Of a stretch of 64,000 bases of DNA, positions 56,348 to 64,000 are shown piece by piece. The translations under genes and the position numbers were made by a program. Within the stretch, counting starts at the first letter, position 1. Every line of letters starts with the position of its first letter. The notes below the pieces were generated by a model. It was not told the origin of the DNA and did no database searches. It saw only the letters and a list, made by a program, of their open reading frames with translations. The stretch lies in NCBI GenBank assembly GCA_050015075.1, contig JBEKCB010000003.1, positions 96,001 to 160,000 of the forward strand, in the 5' to 3' direction. Source of the stretch: Candidatus Brocadiia bacterium (GTDB taxonomy: Bacteria; Planctomycetota; Brocadiia; CAIUPP01).

Positions 56348-56833
56348 TCAGATGATGACGCCGTTGATCGTGCCGTCGAAGACCATGTGGTCCTTGACGA
56401 AGCCCTGGCAATCGAACGAGCAGATGCGCGCTTTCATGTCGCCGCGCACTTTCGCGACCATGATGAGGCGGTCGCCCGGCAGCACCTGGCCGCGGAACCG
56501 CACGGCGTCGAGGCCGGCGAAGCCCAGGAAGCGGCCCTTCGTGTCGGGATTCGCGCCGCGGCCGTAGAAATAGCTGCACGACTGGGCGGCGCATTCGCAG
56601 ATGAGCACGCCGGGCATGATCGGCCGGCCGGGGATGTGGCCGCGGACCCAGAAGTCCTGCATCGAGGCGTCGCGGAAGGCGACGACGTAGCCGCCGGGCA
56701 GGTCGTATTTGATGATGCCCGAGAGCATCTCCATCTCGAAGCGCTGCTGGTTGAACTTCCGGATGCCCTCGATGTCGTCCTCGACGCAGTTCAGGTCCAT
56801 CAGGCTGAAGTCCACGAGCGGTTTGGGCGGCAT
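56348..56833 (-). CDS. fabZ: 3-hydroxyacyl-ACP dehydratase (FabZ/FabA family)
   Basis: FWVRGHIPGRPIMPGVLICECAAQ, VRFRGQV.PGD.L. Confidence 0.85.
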   Translation of the reverse strand: MPPKPLVDFSLMDLNCVEDDIEGIRKFNQQRFEMEMLSGIIKYDLPGGYVVAFRDASMQDFWVRGHIPGRPIMPGVLICECAAQSCSYFYGRGANPDTKGRFLGFAGLDAVRFRGQVLPGDRLIMVAKVRGDMKARICSFDCQGFVKDHMVFDGTINGVII

Positions 56834-56848
56834 GCTGGTCCTTTCCGA

Positions 56849-57937
56849 TCACAAGTGAACGAGGAATTCCGTGGAGCCGATGCGGATGACATCTCCGGCT
56901 TTCAGCGGAGCGCGCCGGACGGCGACGCCGTTCAGGAACACTCCGTTTCCGCTTTTCAAGTCCTCGATGACGACATCGCCCTCGTGCCGCCAGATGCAGG
57001 CGTGAGAGCGGGAGACCTCTTCATCGCGGAGGTGGATTTTCGACTTTTTGCCGCGCCCGATGGTGATGCGCTTGCCGAGGAACGTGAAAGTCTTTCCGGC
57101 CAGCGGGCCGTTGCGGGCGGTGATGCGGCACTTCCAGGCGCCGGGGGCCATCGTGTCGCGAGGTTCATCGCGGTCCGAGCGCTGCGATTCGGCTTCGAGC
57201 AAACGGACCCAGTCCGCCGAAGCAGGCTCGCTCGGCGCGGGGACCGGTCGCGCGGCGGGGCGCGCGGGCGCGCGACGCGCGGCTTTCGGCTCCGGCGCAG
57301 CGTTGCCGGCCCGGTACAACAGGACCACGCCGCCGACCTTCAATGTCGCCCCGTCGGCCAGGATGAAGCGCCCCGGCGGGTCCGCCGCCAGTTGGATCGC
57401 CTGCACGCCGGCCGGGACGGCGGTGATCTGGACCCGAAAATCGCAAATCCCCTGTTCCGCGACGCGGACGTCCGCCTCGGGCGCGCGCCCGATCAGGATC
57501 GGCATCCTGGTGACCGGCAGTTCCAGGGCGCCGGTCGGACTCTGCCCGAGGAGCCAGCCGGCCGCGCGGCCGCCGGCGCGCTTCAGCGGCATGCCATCCA
57601 CCAGGTAAATGTAGAGGCTGCGGCCGATGCGGATCACGTCGCCGGGAGCGAGCGGCCGCGCCCTCACCCGGCGCTCGTTCACCCACGTGCCGTTGAGGCT
57701 GTTCAGGTCGGCGATGGTCAGCCGCCGGCCCTGAAACGAGACCGCTGCGTGCCGCTTGCTGGCAAGCGTGTCGCCCAGGAATATCTGGTTTCCGGGATCG
57801 CGCCCGATGATCAGCGGCTCGCCGGCGATGGGGAAAACGGCTGCGACGCAGCCCGCGTCGAGGCGCGCCAGGCGCGCTCCGGCGTGGCTCCGCTCGCGCG
57901 AAACGTTCCGCGGGCTGTGTTCATCGTGGCTTTGCAT
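56849..57937 (-). CDS. Multi-FHA-domain protein (two intact and one degenerate FHA)
   Basis: IGR...SKRHA...DLNSLNGT; a central IGR segment; IGR...VSRSHA...DLKSGNG. Confidence 0.8.
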   Translation of the reverse strand: MQSHDEHSPRNVSRERSHAGARLARLDAGCVAAVFPIAGEPLIIGRDPGNQIFLGDTLASKRHAAVSFQGRRLTIADLNSLNGTWVNERRVRARPLAPGDVIRIGRSLYIYLVDGMPLKRAGGRAAGWLLGQSPTGALELPVTRMPILIGRAPEADVRVAEQGICDFRVQITAVPAGVQAIQLAADPPGRFILADGATLKVGGVVLLYRAGNAAPEPKAARRAPARPAARPVPAPSEPASADWVRLLEAESQRSDRDEPRDTMAPGAWKCRITARNGPLAGKTFTFLGKRITIGRGKKSKIHLRDEEVSRSHACIWRHEGDVVIEDLKSGNGVFLNGVAVRRAPLKAGDVIRIGSTEFLVHL

Positions 57938-58011
57938 CAGACCGCCATCCCCTCCGCTGCGCTCGAAGGAAAGCATATCAGCCTCGGCTCGGTCCTGCAA
58001 GAGGCGGGCCG

Positions 58012-58725
58012 TCAGGGCTTCTCCGCGACGGCGACAAAGTTGACCGGGTAGAGCGATTTCACCCCGAACCATCCGTCCGCGAGCAGCGCCAGCCGGATGA
58101 AGAGCCGGTTCATCCCAAGCCCCGCGCGGAAGGCCGGCCGGACCGGCCAGAGCAGCGCGAGCGCGGCGGTCGAGGGCGCATAGGCCAGGAAGCAGACCAG
58201 CCCGCCGACCGGCTCGACGGAGACGAGGCGCAGCCCGGCTTTTTCGACGAGATGCCGCAGTCCGTGGCCGGTGAACCGCCAGTAGTCGTGCGGCTCGTTG
58301 TGGAGCCAGGCCAGGTGCGGCACGGAGAGGATGGCCTTGCCGCCGGGCTTGAGCATGCGCGCGATCTCGCGCAGCGCCAGTTCCGGCTCGGGCAGGTGAT
58401 GCAGGACCTGCGCGCAGAAAACCGAATCGTATTGCGCTGCCGGCAGGCCGGTCCGCTGCAGGTCGGCGAGGTGATCGAGCCGTTCGGCCGGGCCGGCGAT
58501 GTCGAGGCTCTCATAGGAGGCGCAGAACTCCTCGAGCATGCGCCGGTACGCCAGCCGGCCGGCGCCGGCATCGAGGAGACGGCCGCGCGCATGCCGCTCC
58601 GCCGCGGCGCGCAGGGCGCGATACAGCGAAAGGTTCGTCGTCGCCAGTTCGAAGTAATCGCGGCTTCCGGCGGTGGCGTCGGAGATGCGGCGGCTGTTTT
58701 CCTTGACGCAGGACTGTAGGCCCAT
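58012..58725 (-). CDS. Class I SAM-dependent methyltransferase (type often found in polysaccharide loci)
   Basis: LLDAGAG..AYR, YDSVFCAQVLHH.PEP, LKPGG, H.EP.DYWRFT..GL. Confidence 0.9.
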   Translation of the reverse strand: MGLQSCVKENSRRISDATAGSRDYFELATTNLSLYRALRAAAERHARGRLLDAGAGRLAYRRMLEEFCASYESLDIAGPAERLDHLADLQRTGLPAAQYDSVFCAQVLHHLPEPELALREIARMLKPGGKAILSVPHLAWLHNEPHDYWRFTGHGLRHLVEKAGLRLVSVEPVGGLVCFLAYAPSTAALALLWPVRPAFRAGLGMNRLFIRLALLADGWFGVKSLYPVNFVAVAEKP

Positions 58726-58803
58726 GGCCGTTCCGTTGCCGTGTTCGCTGGAACTCCTGAGCCACAACATAGCCGGTTGAGCGCGCCAGTTCAAGCGGCG
58801 GCG

Positions 58804-58880
58804 GTGAAAAGTGAAAAGCTCAAAATGGAAAGCGGAAAACGCAGCATTCCACGCTCTGCGCCTTCGACTTTCACTTTGCC
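58804..58880. repeat. Degenerate inverted heptamer repeat, (GTGAAAA)n ... (CACTTTY-like)n
   Basis: GTGAAAA GTGAAAA GCTCAAA ATGGAAA GCGGAAA ... GACTTTC ACTTTGC in a divergent intergenic region. Confidence 0.6.
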
Positions 58881-59016
58881 TCGTGCATCCGCCGTCGAGT
58901 ATTTTGCTCTGCCGTGGAGAGGATGCTAACATGTAGGGCTACTGAGGCCCGTCGCCGGGCCGATTTTTCGCGCGGGCTGGAAAGCTCCCGGCGGACACCA
59001 ATAAGGAGGGACTTCA

Positions 59017-62000
59017 TTGGCTGCCAACGGTTCTCCCCGGACAAGGCGCAGGCGGCGGGTCGTGTTGTACACGCTGCTGGTCCTGTTCCTTGGCTTGGCC
59101 ATAGTCTTCGTTTTTCACCATTATCACGGCCGCGAGAAGCGGGCCTACAACTACGGACAACTGTATCTCGAGCGCGGGAATACGAGCGACGCCCTCGTGC
59201 AGTTCCGCGCGGCGCTGGCGTTGAACCCGAAATTCACGGAGGCGCGGGTAGGCGTCATTGATGCGCTGAAACGGCGAAAGGAATTCGCCGAGGCGTTGGC
59301 GGAAGTGGATCAGTTGGTCAAGTATGGCCTGGCGGAGAGCGAGGCGGCACAGTGGAAGGCTCGGGTGTTCTACGCCCGCGCCTTGAACCGCCTGGAAACC
59401 GCCGACAAGGACCTCACGGTCAAAATCTGCGAGCAGACCATCGCGGAAGACGTGGACCCGGCGATCGCCCTGGTGCAGCAGCAGGCGGAAAAGGCCGACA
59501 AGCCGGCGGCCGCCTATACGCTCCTGGCCGAACTTTACGACCAGAAACTCCTGGTCGAGGGGGCTGAAGAGCGGCTCCTCGCCAAGGCGTACCGGCAGGC
59601 GCATGACCTCGATAAGAAGGATGAGGCGGCGGCGAGGGAACAGGATATCCAAGCCCTGTTCTTGAAGATGCGTTCGGTCAGGAATTTTTCGTACAGTGCG
59701 TATCAGGAAGCGATCAAGAAGGATCCGCAGGCGCCGGATGCGCGAATCGCGCTGGCGCGGCTGGCGCTCACGGCCTATAACCCGCGGCTCGGCGAGGCCA
59801 AGGCGATGCTCGATCCGCTGATGAAGCTGACGCCCCCGCCGCGCGAGGCGCTCCACCTGATGGCCCTGACCGAATGGTATTCCGGCGACGTGGACCACGC
59901 GCTGGAGCACGTGCGGCTGCTGACCAATGTGGCGGCGCCCCGGCGCGAATACCTGGTGACGGAGGCGGAAATCCTCATCGCGGCCGGCCGCTGGCCGGAG
60001 GCCCGCACGGTGGCGGATAAACTCGAGAAGTTCGGCCGCAAGCGCCCGGAGATCCGCTGGGTTATGGGCCGGGTGCTGCTGCATGAGGGGAATGTCGAGG
60101 AAGCGGTGGACCAACTGCAGAACATCTTCACGAGCCCCGGGACGTGGGCGCAGGCGCGCCTGGTCCTGGCGCAGGCGCTGATGCGCGCGACGCCGCCCAA
60201 ACGCGAGCAGGCGATCTCCACATACACCAAGGTCCTCGAGGATTGCAAGAGCACCACGCCCGCGAATGCCCGCGTGGAGAAGGAGCTTCGTGAAACGGCA
60301 TACCAGGCGTGCGTGGCGCTGTCCGGCGCGACGAAGGAGCTCGGCCCGAAAGCCGCCCAAGGCTACGCGGTGCGGGCGTTAAGCATTGCGCCGGAGCGCC
60401 TGGAGGCATTCCAGCTCGCCCGCGACGTGCTCCAGGCGAACGACGCCCCGCCGGAGAAGATCGAGGAACTCGCGCTGATCCACGCCAAGGGACTGGCGCG
60501 CGACCCGGCCCAGAGAAATGCCGCCGACGAGTTCCTGCAGAAGGAATATGACGAGTTCAAGGACACCCCCACCCGAGGCGTGCAAGTCCGCCTGCTGCGC
60601 GCCAGCTTCCTGCAGAATACGGGCTCCTACCTGGAGGCGGCGGCGATTTACGAGCAGCTTCGGAAGGAGTATCCCAACTCGGCGTCTTTCGCCTATGAGT
60701 TGGCGCGGTTGCACACGCGGCTCGGGCATTACAAGGAAGCGCGGGAAATCTACGAGTCGGTGCTGGCCACGTCTCCGGGCGACATCGGCGCGGTCACGGG
60801 CCTGGTCGGCGTCTTTCTCCGCACGAAGGACATGGACGACGCGCATGCCGTTCTGGACCGCGCGAAAGGCGCCTCGAATTCCGCGCAGGTCTGGGCCACG
60901 CTGCTGTATGTTTTCCTGAGCGAGAAGCGCCTGGACGAGGCCGCGTCGCTCGCGAAGTCCTACGTGGAAAAAAATCCGACGAGCGCGCCGGCCCAGTGCA
61001 TGCTGGCGGAAGTCCTTTGGGCGCAGGGCAACCGGAAAGACGCGAAGGCGGCATTCGACGACGCGCTGAAGCTTGCGCCGGACTTCGCGCCGGCATCCCG
61101 GTGCGCCTTGCTGGACCTGGAGGAGAACCAGCCCGCCGACGCAGTGATCCTGCTGCGCGCCGCCTCGGAGAAGTCGAAGACGGACGCCGGGAAAGCCGAG
61201 CTGGCCGTGGCGCTGCAAGCGGAGGGCAAAGTGCAGCAGGCCGCCGACCTGCTGAAAGGCCTCTCCGCAAAGGCTCCGGGCCCGGACCTCCGGCTGGACA
61301 CGCCGCGCTGGTACCTGGCGGTCCTGCTCGCCGGCCAGGGCGACCTCAAGAGCGCCGCGGCGATGAGCGATCTCCTGGCCGCACGGGAATTCCTCGGGTT
61401 GCCGGCGGATCGCCTGGAACTGCTGCAGCGCGTGGCGGCTGCCGCGGAGCCGGCGCGGACCGACCTGGCGGCGAAGCTCAACGAGGTCTTCTGGCTCAGC
61501 ATGAACTCCTGTCCGGGCGTGCTGGAACAGGTGGACCTCGTTCTGAAGCAACTGCCGGACGAACCGCTGGTGGCCTGCTGGCGGGCACGGCTGATGGACA
61601 GAGAGGGGCAACACGAAGAGGCGGCCAAGCAGTGCAACGACATCCTCAGCGCGCACCCCGATTTCGTCATCGCCCGGCTGCTCCTTGCGGAGTGCCAGCA
61701 ACGGAGCGGCAAGATCGAGGAGGCGATCCAGTCCCTCGATGAGGCGCTCAACGAGGCTCCGCCGGAGGTGATCGGCGTGGTTCAACTGCAGCGGGCGAAA
61801 CTTCTTGCGGATTCGGGGCGGCTGGAGGAGGCCATCGCCGGCTACCAGGGCATTACCAGCCCGCCCAGGTTGGCCGCCGCCGCCTGCAACGAACTCGCGT
61901 GGTTGTACGTCACAAAGCGGAACGACGCCGACTCCGCGCTGCCCCTGGCGGAGCAGGCCGCGAAGCTCAGCCCGAACGATCCGGCGATCCAGGATACGCT

Positions 62001-62226
62001 CGGCTGGGTTCTCTACATCAAAGGGGAGAACGACAAGGCATTGGAACTGCTCCAGAAGGCCAGAGCGATGCTTCCGGGGAACCCGACGGTGCGGTATCAC
62101 CTGGGCCTGGCGCTCCTGAAGACCGGCCGGAAGGACGATGCCCGGGTTGAACTGCAGGAGGCGCTCGCCATTTCCAAGGACTTCCCGGAGGCCGCGGATG
62201 CCGCGGCGCAGCTTGCGGGAATTTGA
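59017..62226 (+). CDS. Large membrane-anchored TPR protein (PrsT/EpsE-associated-like)
   Basis: RBS AAGGAGG, N-terminal TM, many TPRs, C-terminal NELAW...DTLGW...YHLG.AL...ALAIS.DF. Confidence 0.8.
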   Translation: MAANGSPRTRRRRRVVLYTLLVLFLGLAIVFVFHHYHGREKRAYNYGQLYLERGNTSDALVQFRAALALNPKFTEARVGVIDALKRRKEFAEALAEVDQLVKYGLAESEAAQWKARVFYARALNRLETADKDLTVKICEQTIAEDVDPAIALVQQQAEKADKPAAAYTLLAELYDQKLLVEGAEERLLAKAYRQAHDLDKKDEAAAREQDIQALFLKMRSVRNFSYSAYQEAIKKDPQAPDARIALARLALTAYNPRLGEAKAMLDPLMKLTPPPREALHLMALTEWYSGDVDHALEHVRLLTNVAAPRREYLVTEAEILIAAGRWPEARTVADKLEKFGRKRPEIRWVMGRVLLHEGNVEEAVDQLQNIFTSPGTWAQARLVLAQALMRATPPKREQAISTYTKVLEDCKSTTPANARVEKELRETAYQACVALSGATKELGPKAAQGYAVRALSIAPERLEAFQLARDVLQANDAPPEKIEELALIHAKGLARDPAQRNAADEFLQKEYDEFKDTPTRGVQVRLLRASFLQNTGSYLEAAAIYEQLRKEYPNSASFAYELARLHTRLGHYKEAREIYESVLATSPGDIGAVTGLVGVFLRTKDMDDAHAVLDRAKGASNSAQVWATLLYVFLSEKRLDEAASLAKSYVEKNPTSAPAQCMLAEVLWAQGNRKDAKAAFDDALKLAPDFAPASRCALLDLEENQPADAVILLRAASEKSKTDAGKAELAVALQAEGKVQQAADLLKGLSAKAPGPDLRLDTPRWYLAVLLAGQGDLKSAAAMSDLLAAREFLGLPADRLELLQRVAAAAEPARTDLAAKLNEVFWLSMNSCPGVLEQVDLVLKQLPDEPLVACWRARLMDREGQHEEAAKQCNDILSAHPDFVIARLLLAECQQRSGKIEEAIQSLDEALNEAPPEVIGVVQLQRAKLLADSGRLEEAIAGYQGITSPPRLAAAACNELAWLYVTKRNDADSALPLAEQAAKLSPNDPAIQDTLGWVLYIKGENDKALELLQKARAMLPGNPTVRYHLGLALLKTGRKDDARVELQEALAISKDFPEAADAAAQLAGI

Positions 62227-62277
62227 ATCCCGCCGCGAATCGAAACGCGCGCTTTCGCAAATACACGGAGGGCTTCC

Positions 62278-63957
62278 GTGTCGAAGGTTCTCCTCGTGAG
62301 TTTTGCGGGCTATCCTTACACGCCCAGCAGCCTCATGCCCGACAACGGGCTGGCCAGCCTGGCCGGTTCGCTCCTCGAAGCGGGACATGAGGTGCGCATC
62401 CTCGACTACGGCGCCGTGTCCACCGTGCGCCGCCTCTTTCCCGAGGCGCTGTCGCGGCGCGTTCAGCCGCTCGCCGAGAAACTCTTCGTCGAGCATCTGC
62501 GCCTCTCCTGGCTCCAGAAAATCCGATTCCTGCGGGCGGGCGCGCAACTGGAGCGTTACCAGGAGAAGGAAATCCTGGCGATTGCGGCCGAGGCGGCGGA
62601 CGAAGCGGTGCGCTTCGGGGCGGATTACGTCGGGCTCAAACTCTGGAACGGCGACGGCTTCTCCGGCTCGGTCCGGATCGCCGAAGCCGTCCGGGCGCGG
62701 CTGCCGCGGGCGCGTCTCATCGGCGGCGGCCCGCATGCGGACTATTTCGGCGGGCACATCCTCCAGCACACCGATGTGTTCGACCAATTGATCCAGGGCG
62801 AGGGCGAGCAGGTCCTCCCGCAATTGATCGCCGCGCTGGAGAGCAAGGGAGACTGGCGCAAGGTCCCGGGCGTGGTCTGGAAGCACGCGAACAGGATTTC
62901 CTGCAACCCCACCTGCGTGGTCGAGGCGCTCGACCAGTTGCCGCTGCCGGTCTATGACCGGGCCGTTTATCCGGCGCTGGAGGGCGACGGGAAGCTGAAG
63001 ATCGGCGTCCTGGACGAAAGCCGCGGCTGCCCGAACCGGTGCGCGTTCTGCATCCACCCGATCAAGAGCGGCGGCAAGTGGCACATGAAATCGCCGCAGC
63101 GCGTGGTGGCCGAGGTGCGGCGCTTGATGGACCAGTTGGGCTCGCGCTGCTTCATCTACTCCGGCAGCAACACCTCCGCGCGCGTGGCGATTGACATCGC
63201 CCAGGAGCTGCTCAAGGAGCGATTGGACGTGCGGTACGGCTGCTTCGGGCACGTCCGGAGCATCGGCCAGGCGGACTTCGCGCTGCTGCGGCGGAGCGGA
63301 TGCGAGGCGATCTTCTACGGGCTCGAATCGGGCAGCGAGCGCATCCTGCGCGAGGCCTTCAACAAGCCGCTCGACCTGGCCGAGGCGGAGCGCGTGATCC
63401 GCCAGACGAAAGAGGCGGGCATCTGCGCCATCGCCAGCGTCATCTACCCGGCGCCGTTCGAGGACGCGGAGAGCCGCCGCGCCACGCTGGATTTCCTGCG
63501 GCGCGTCCGGCCCGACAGCGTCCCCGTCACCATTCCCGGTATGATCCCCGGCACGCCGTGGGAAAAAGACCCGGAGAAGTACGGCTTCAAGATGAGCGAA
63601 CGTGCCGATGTCTGGGAATACGGGCTGACCTACAAGATCAAGCTGCTCTTCCCGCCGAGCATGTGGAAGCCGCTGCCCTACACCCTGAACGGGAAGTCCT
63701 CCAAGCAGCTCTTCGCCGAGTGCGAGAGCTTCATCCACGACATCGAGGCGGAGGGCCTGGTCACCGACCTGTCGCACGAAAGCGTGCTGATGGCGGACGC
63801 CCTCGGCCAGCGGAACGACCTGCCGGGTTTCCGCGACCGCTGCCGCGCGATGTTCCTGAGCGGCGACGTCGAGCGGATCAGCGACATGGTGAGCGCGATC
63901 AATCGCGGCGTGACCGGCCGCCGGCCGCCGGCCGAGCGCGAAAGGCAAGGCGCATGA
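62278..63957 (+). CDS. B12-binding-domain radical SAM protein
   Basis: N-terminal cobalamin-binding-like domain (GLASLAG.L...GH.V..LD, IGGGPH, GEGE), SRGCPNRCAFC, GLESGS..IL. Confidence 0.92.
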   Translation: MSKVLLVSFAGYPYTPSSLMPDNGLASLAGSLLEAGHEVRILDYGAVSTVRRLFPEALSRRVQPLAEKLFVEHLRLSWLQKIRFLRAGAQLERYQEKEILAIAAEAADEAVRFGADYVGLKLWNGDGFSGSVRIAEAVRARLPRARLIGGGPHADYFGGHILQHTDVFDQLIQGEGEQVLPQLIAALESKGDWRKVPGVVWKHANRISCNPTCVVEALDQLPLPVYDRAVYPALEGDGKLKIGVLDESRGCPNRCAFCIHPIKSGGKWHMKSPQRVVAEVRRLMDQLGSRCFIYSGSNTSARVAIDIAQELLKERLDVRYGCFGHVRSIGQADFALLRRSGCEAIFYGLESGSERILREAFNKPLDLAEAERVIRQTKEAGICAIASVIYPAPFEDAESRRATLDFLRRVRPDSVPVTIPGMIPGTPWEKDPEKYGFKMSERADVWEYGLTYKIKLLFPPSMWKPLPYTLNGKSSKQLFAECESFIHDIEAEGLVTDLSHESVLMADALGQRNDLPGFRDRCRAMFLSGDVERISDMVSAINRGVTGRRPPAERERQGA

Positions 63958-64000
63958 TCGAGGCTGTCCTCTGGGCGCTCGTCGGCTTGTTCCTGCTGCT
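63954..64000 (+). CDS. 5' fragment of the next gene (hydrophobic N-terminus)
   Basis: ATGA overlap with the radical SAM stop; MIEAVLWALVGLFLL... runs off the window. Confidence 0.6.
   Translation, partial: MIEAVLWALVGLFLL

Overview
High-GC bacterial chromosomal window; gene content and repeat types suggest a Planctomycetota-like genome (inference). It contains housekeeping genes (rpsT, folK, uvrC, groES/groEL, fabZ, rsmD, rtcB with archease, nnrE, dprA, ferritin, pit) and glycosylation/envelope genes (three TMTC-like GT-C/TPR proteins, a GT39-like protein, GT2, a UDPGP-family pyrophosphorylase, UDP-glucuronate decarboxylase, long-form RmlA). It also has Ser/Thr signalling genes (a kinase, an FHA-GAF-PP2C protein, two more FHA proteins), at least three tandem sulfatase-fold paralogs with a Thr-type motif, and several HicAB and HEPN/MNT toxin-antitoxin modules. 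The strongest non-obvious signals are: (1) a probable unannotated selenoprotein at 16606-17388, with an in-frame TGA followed by a SECIS-like hairpin and 39 more sense codons; (2) a GxxExxY nuclease-like gene bracketed by perfect 41-bp inverted repeats, with gene-less, nested and in-frame relatives of this repeat style elsewhere, suggesting a REP/RAYT-like repeat-dissemination system; (3) a hicAB cassette array separated by a 48-bp duplication of the nnrE 3' end, each cassette with its own consensus promoter. I saw no tRNA, rRNA, CRISPR array, integrase or transposase. All calls are by eye, without database searches.
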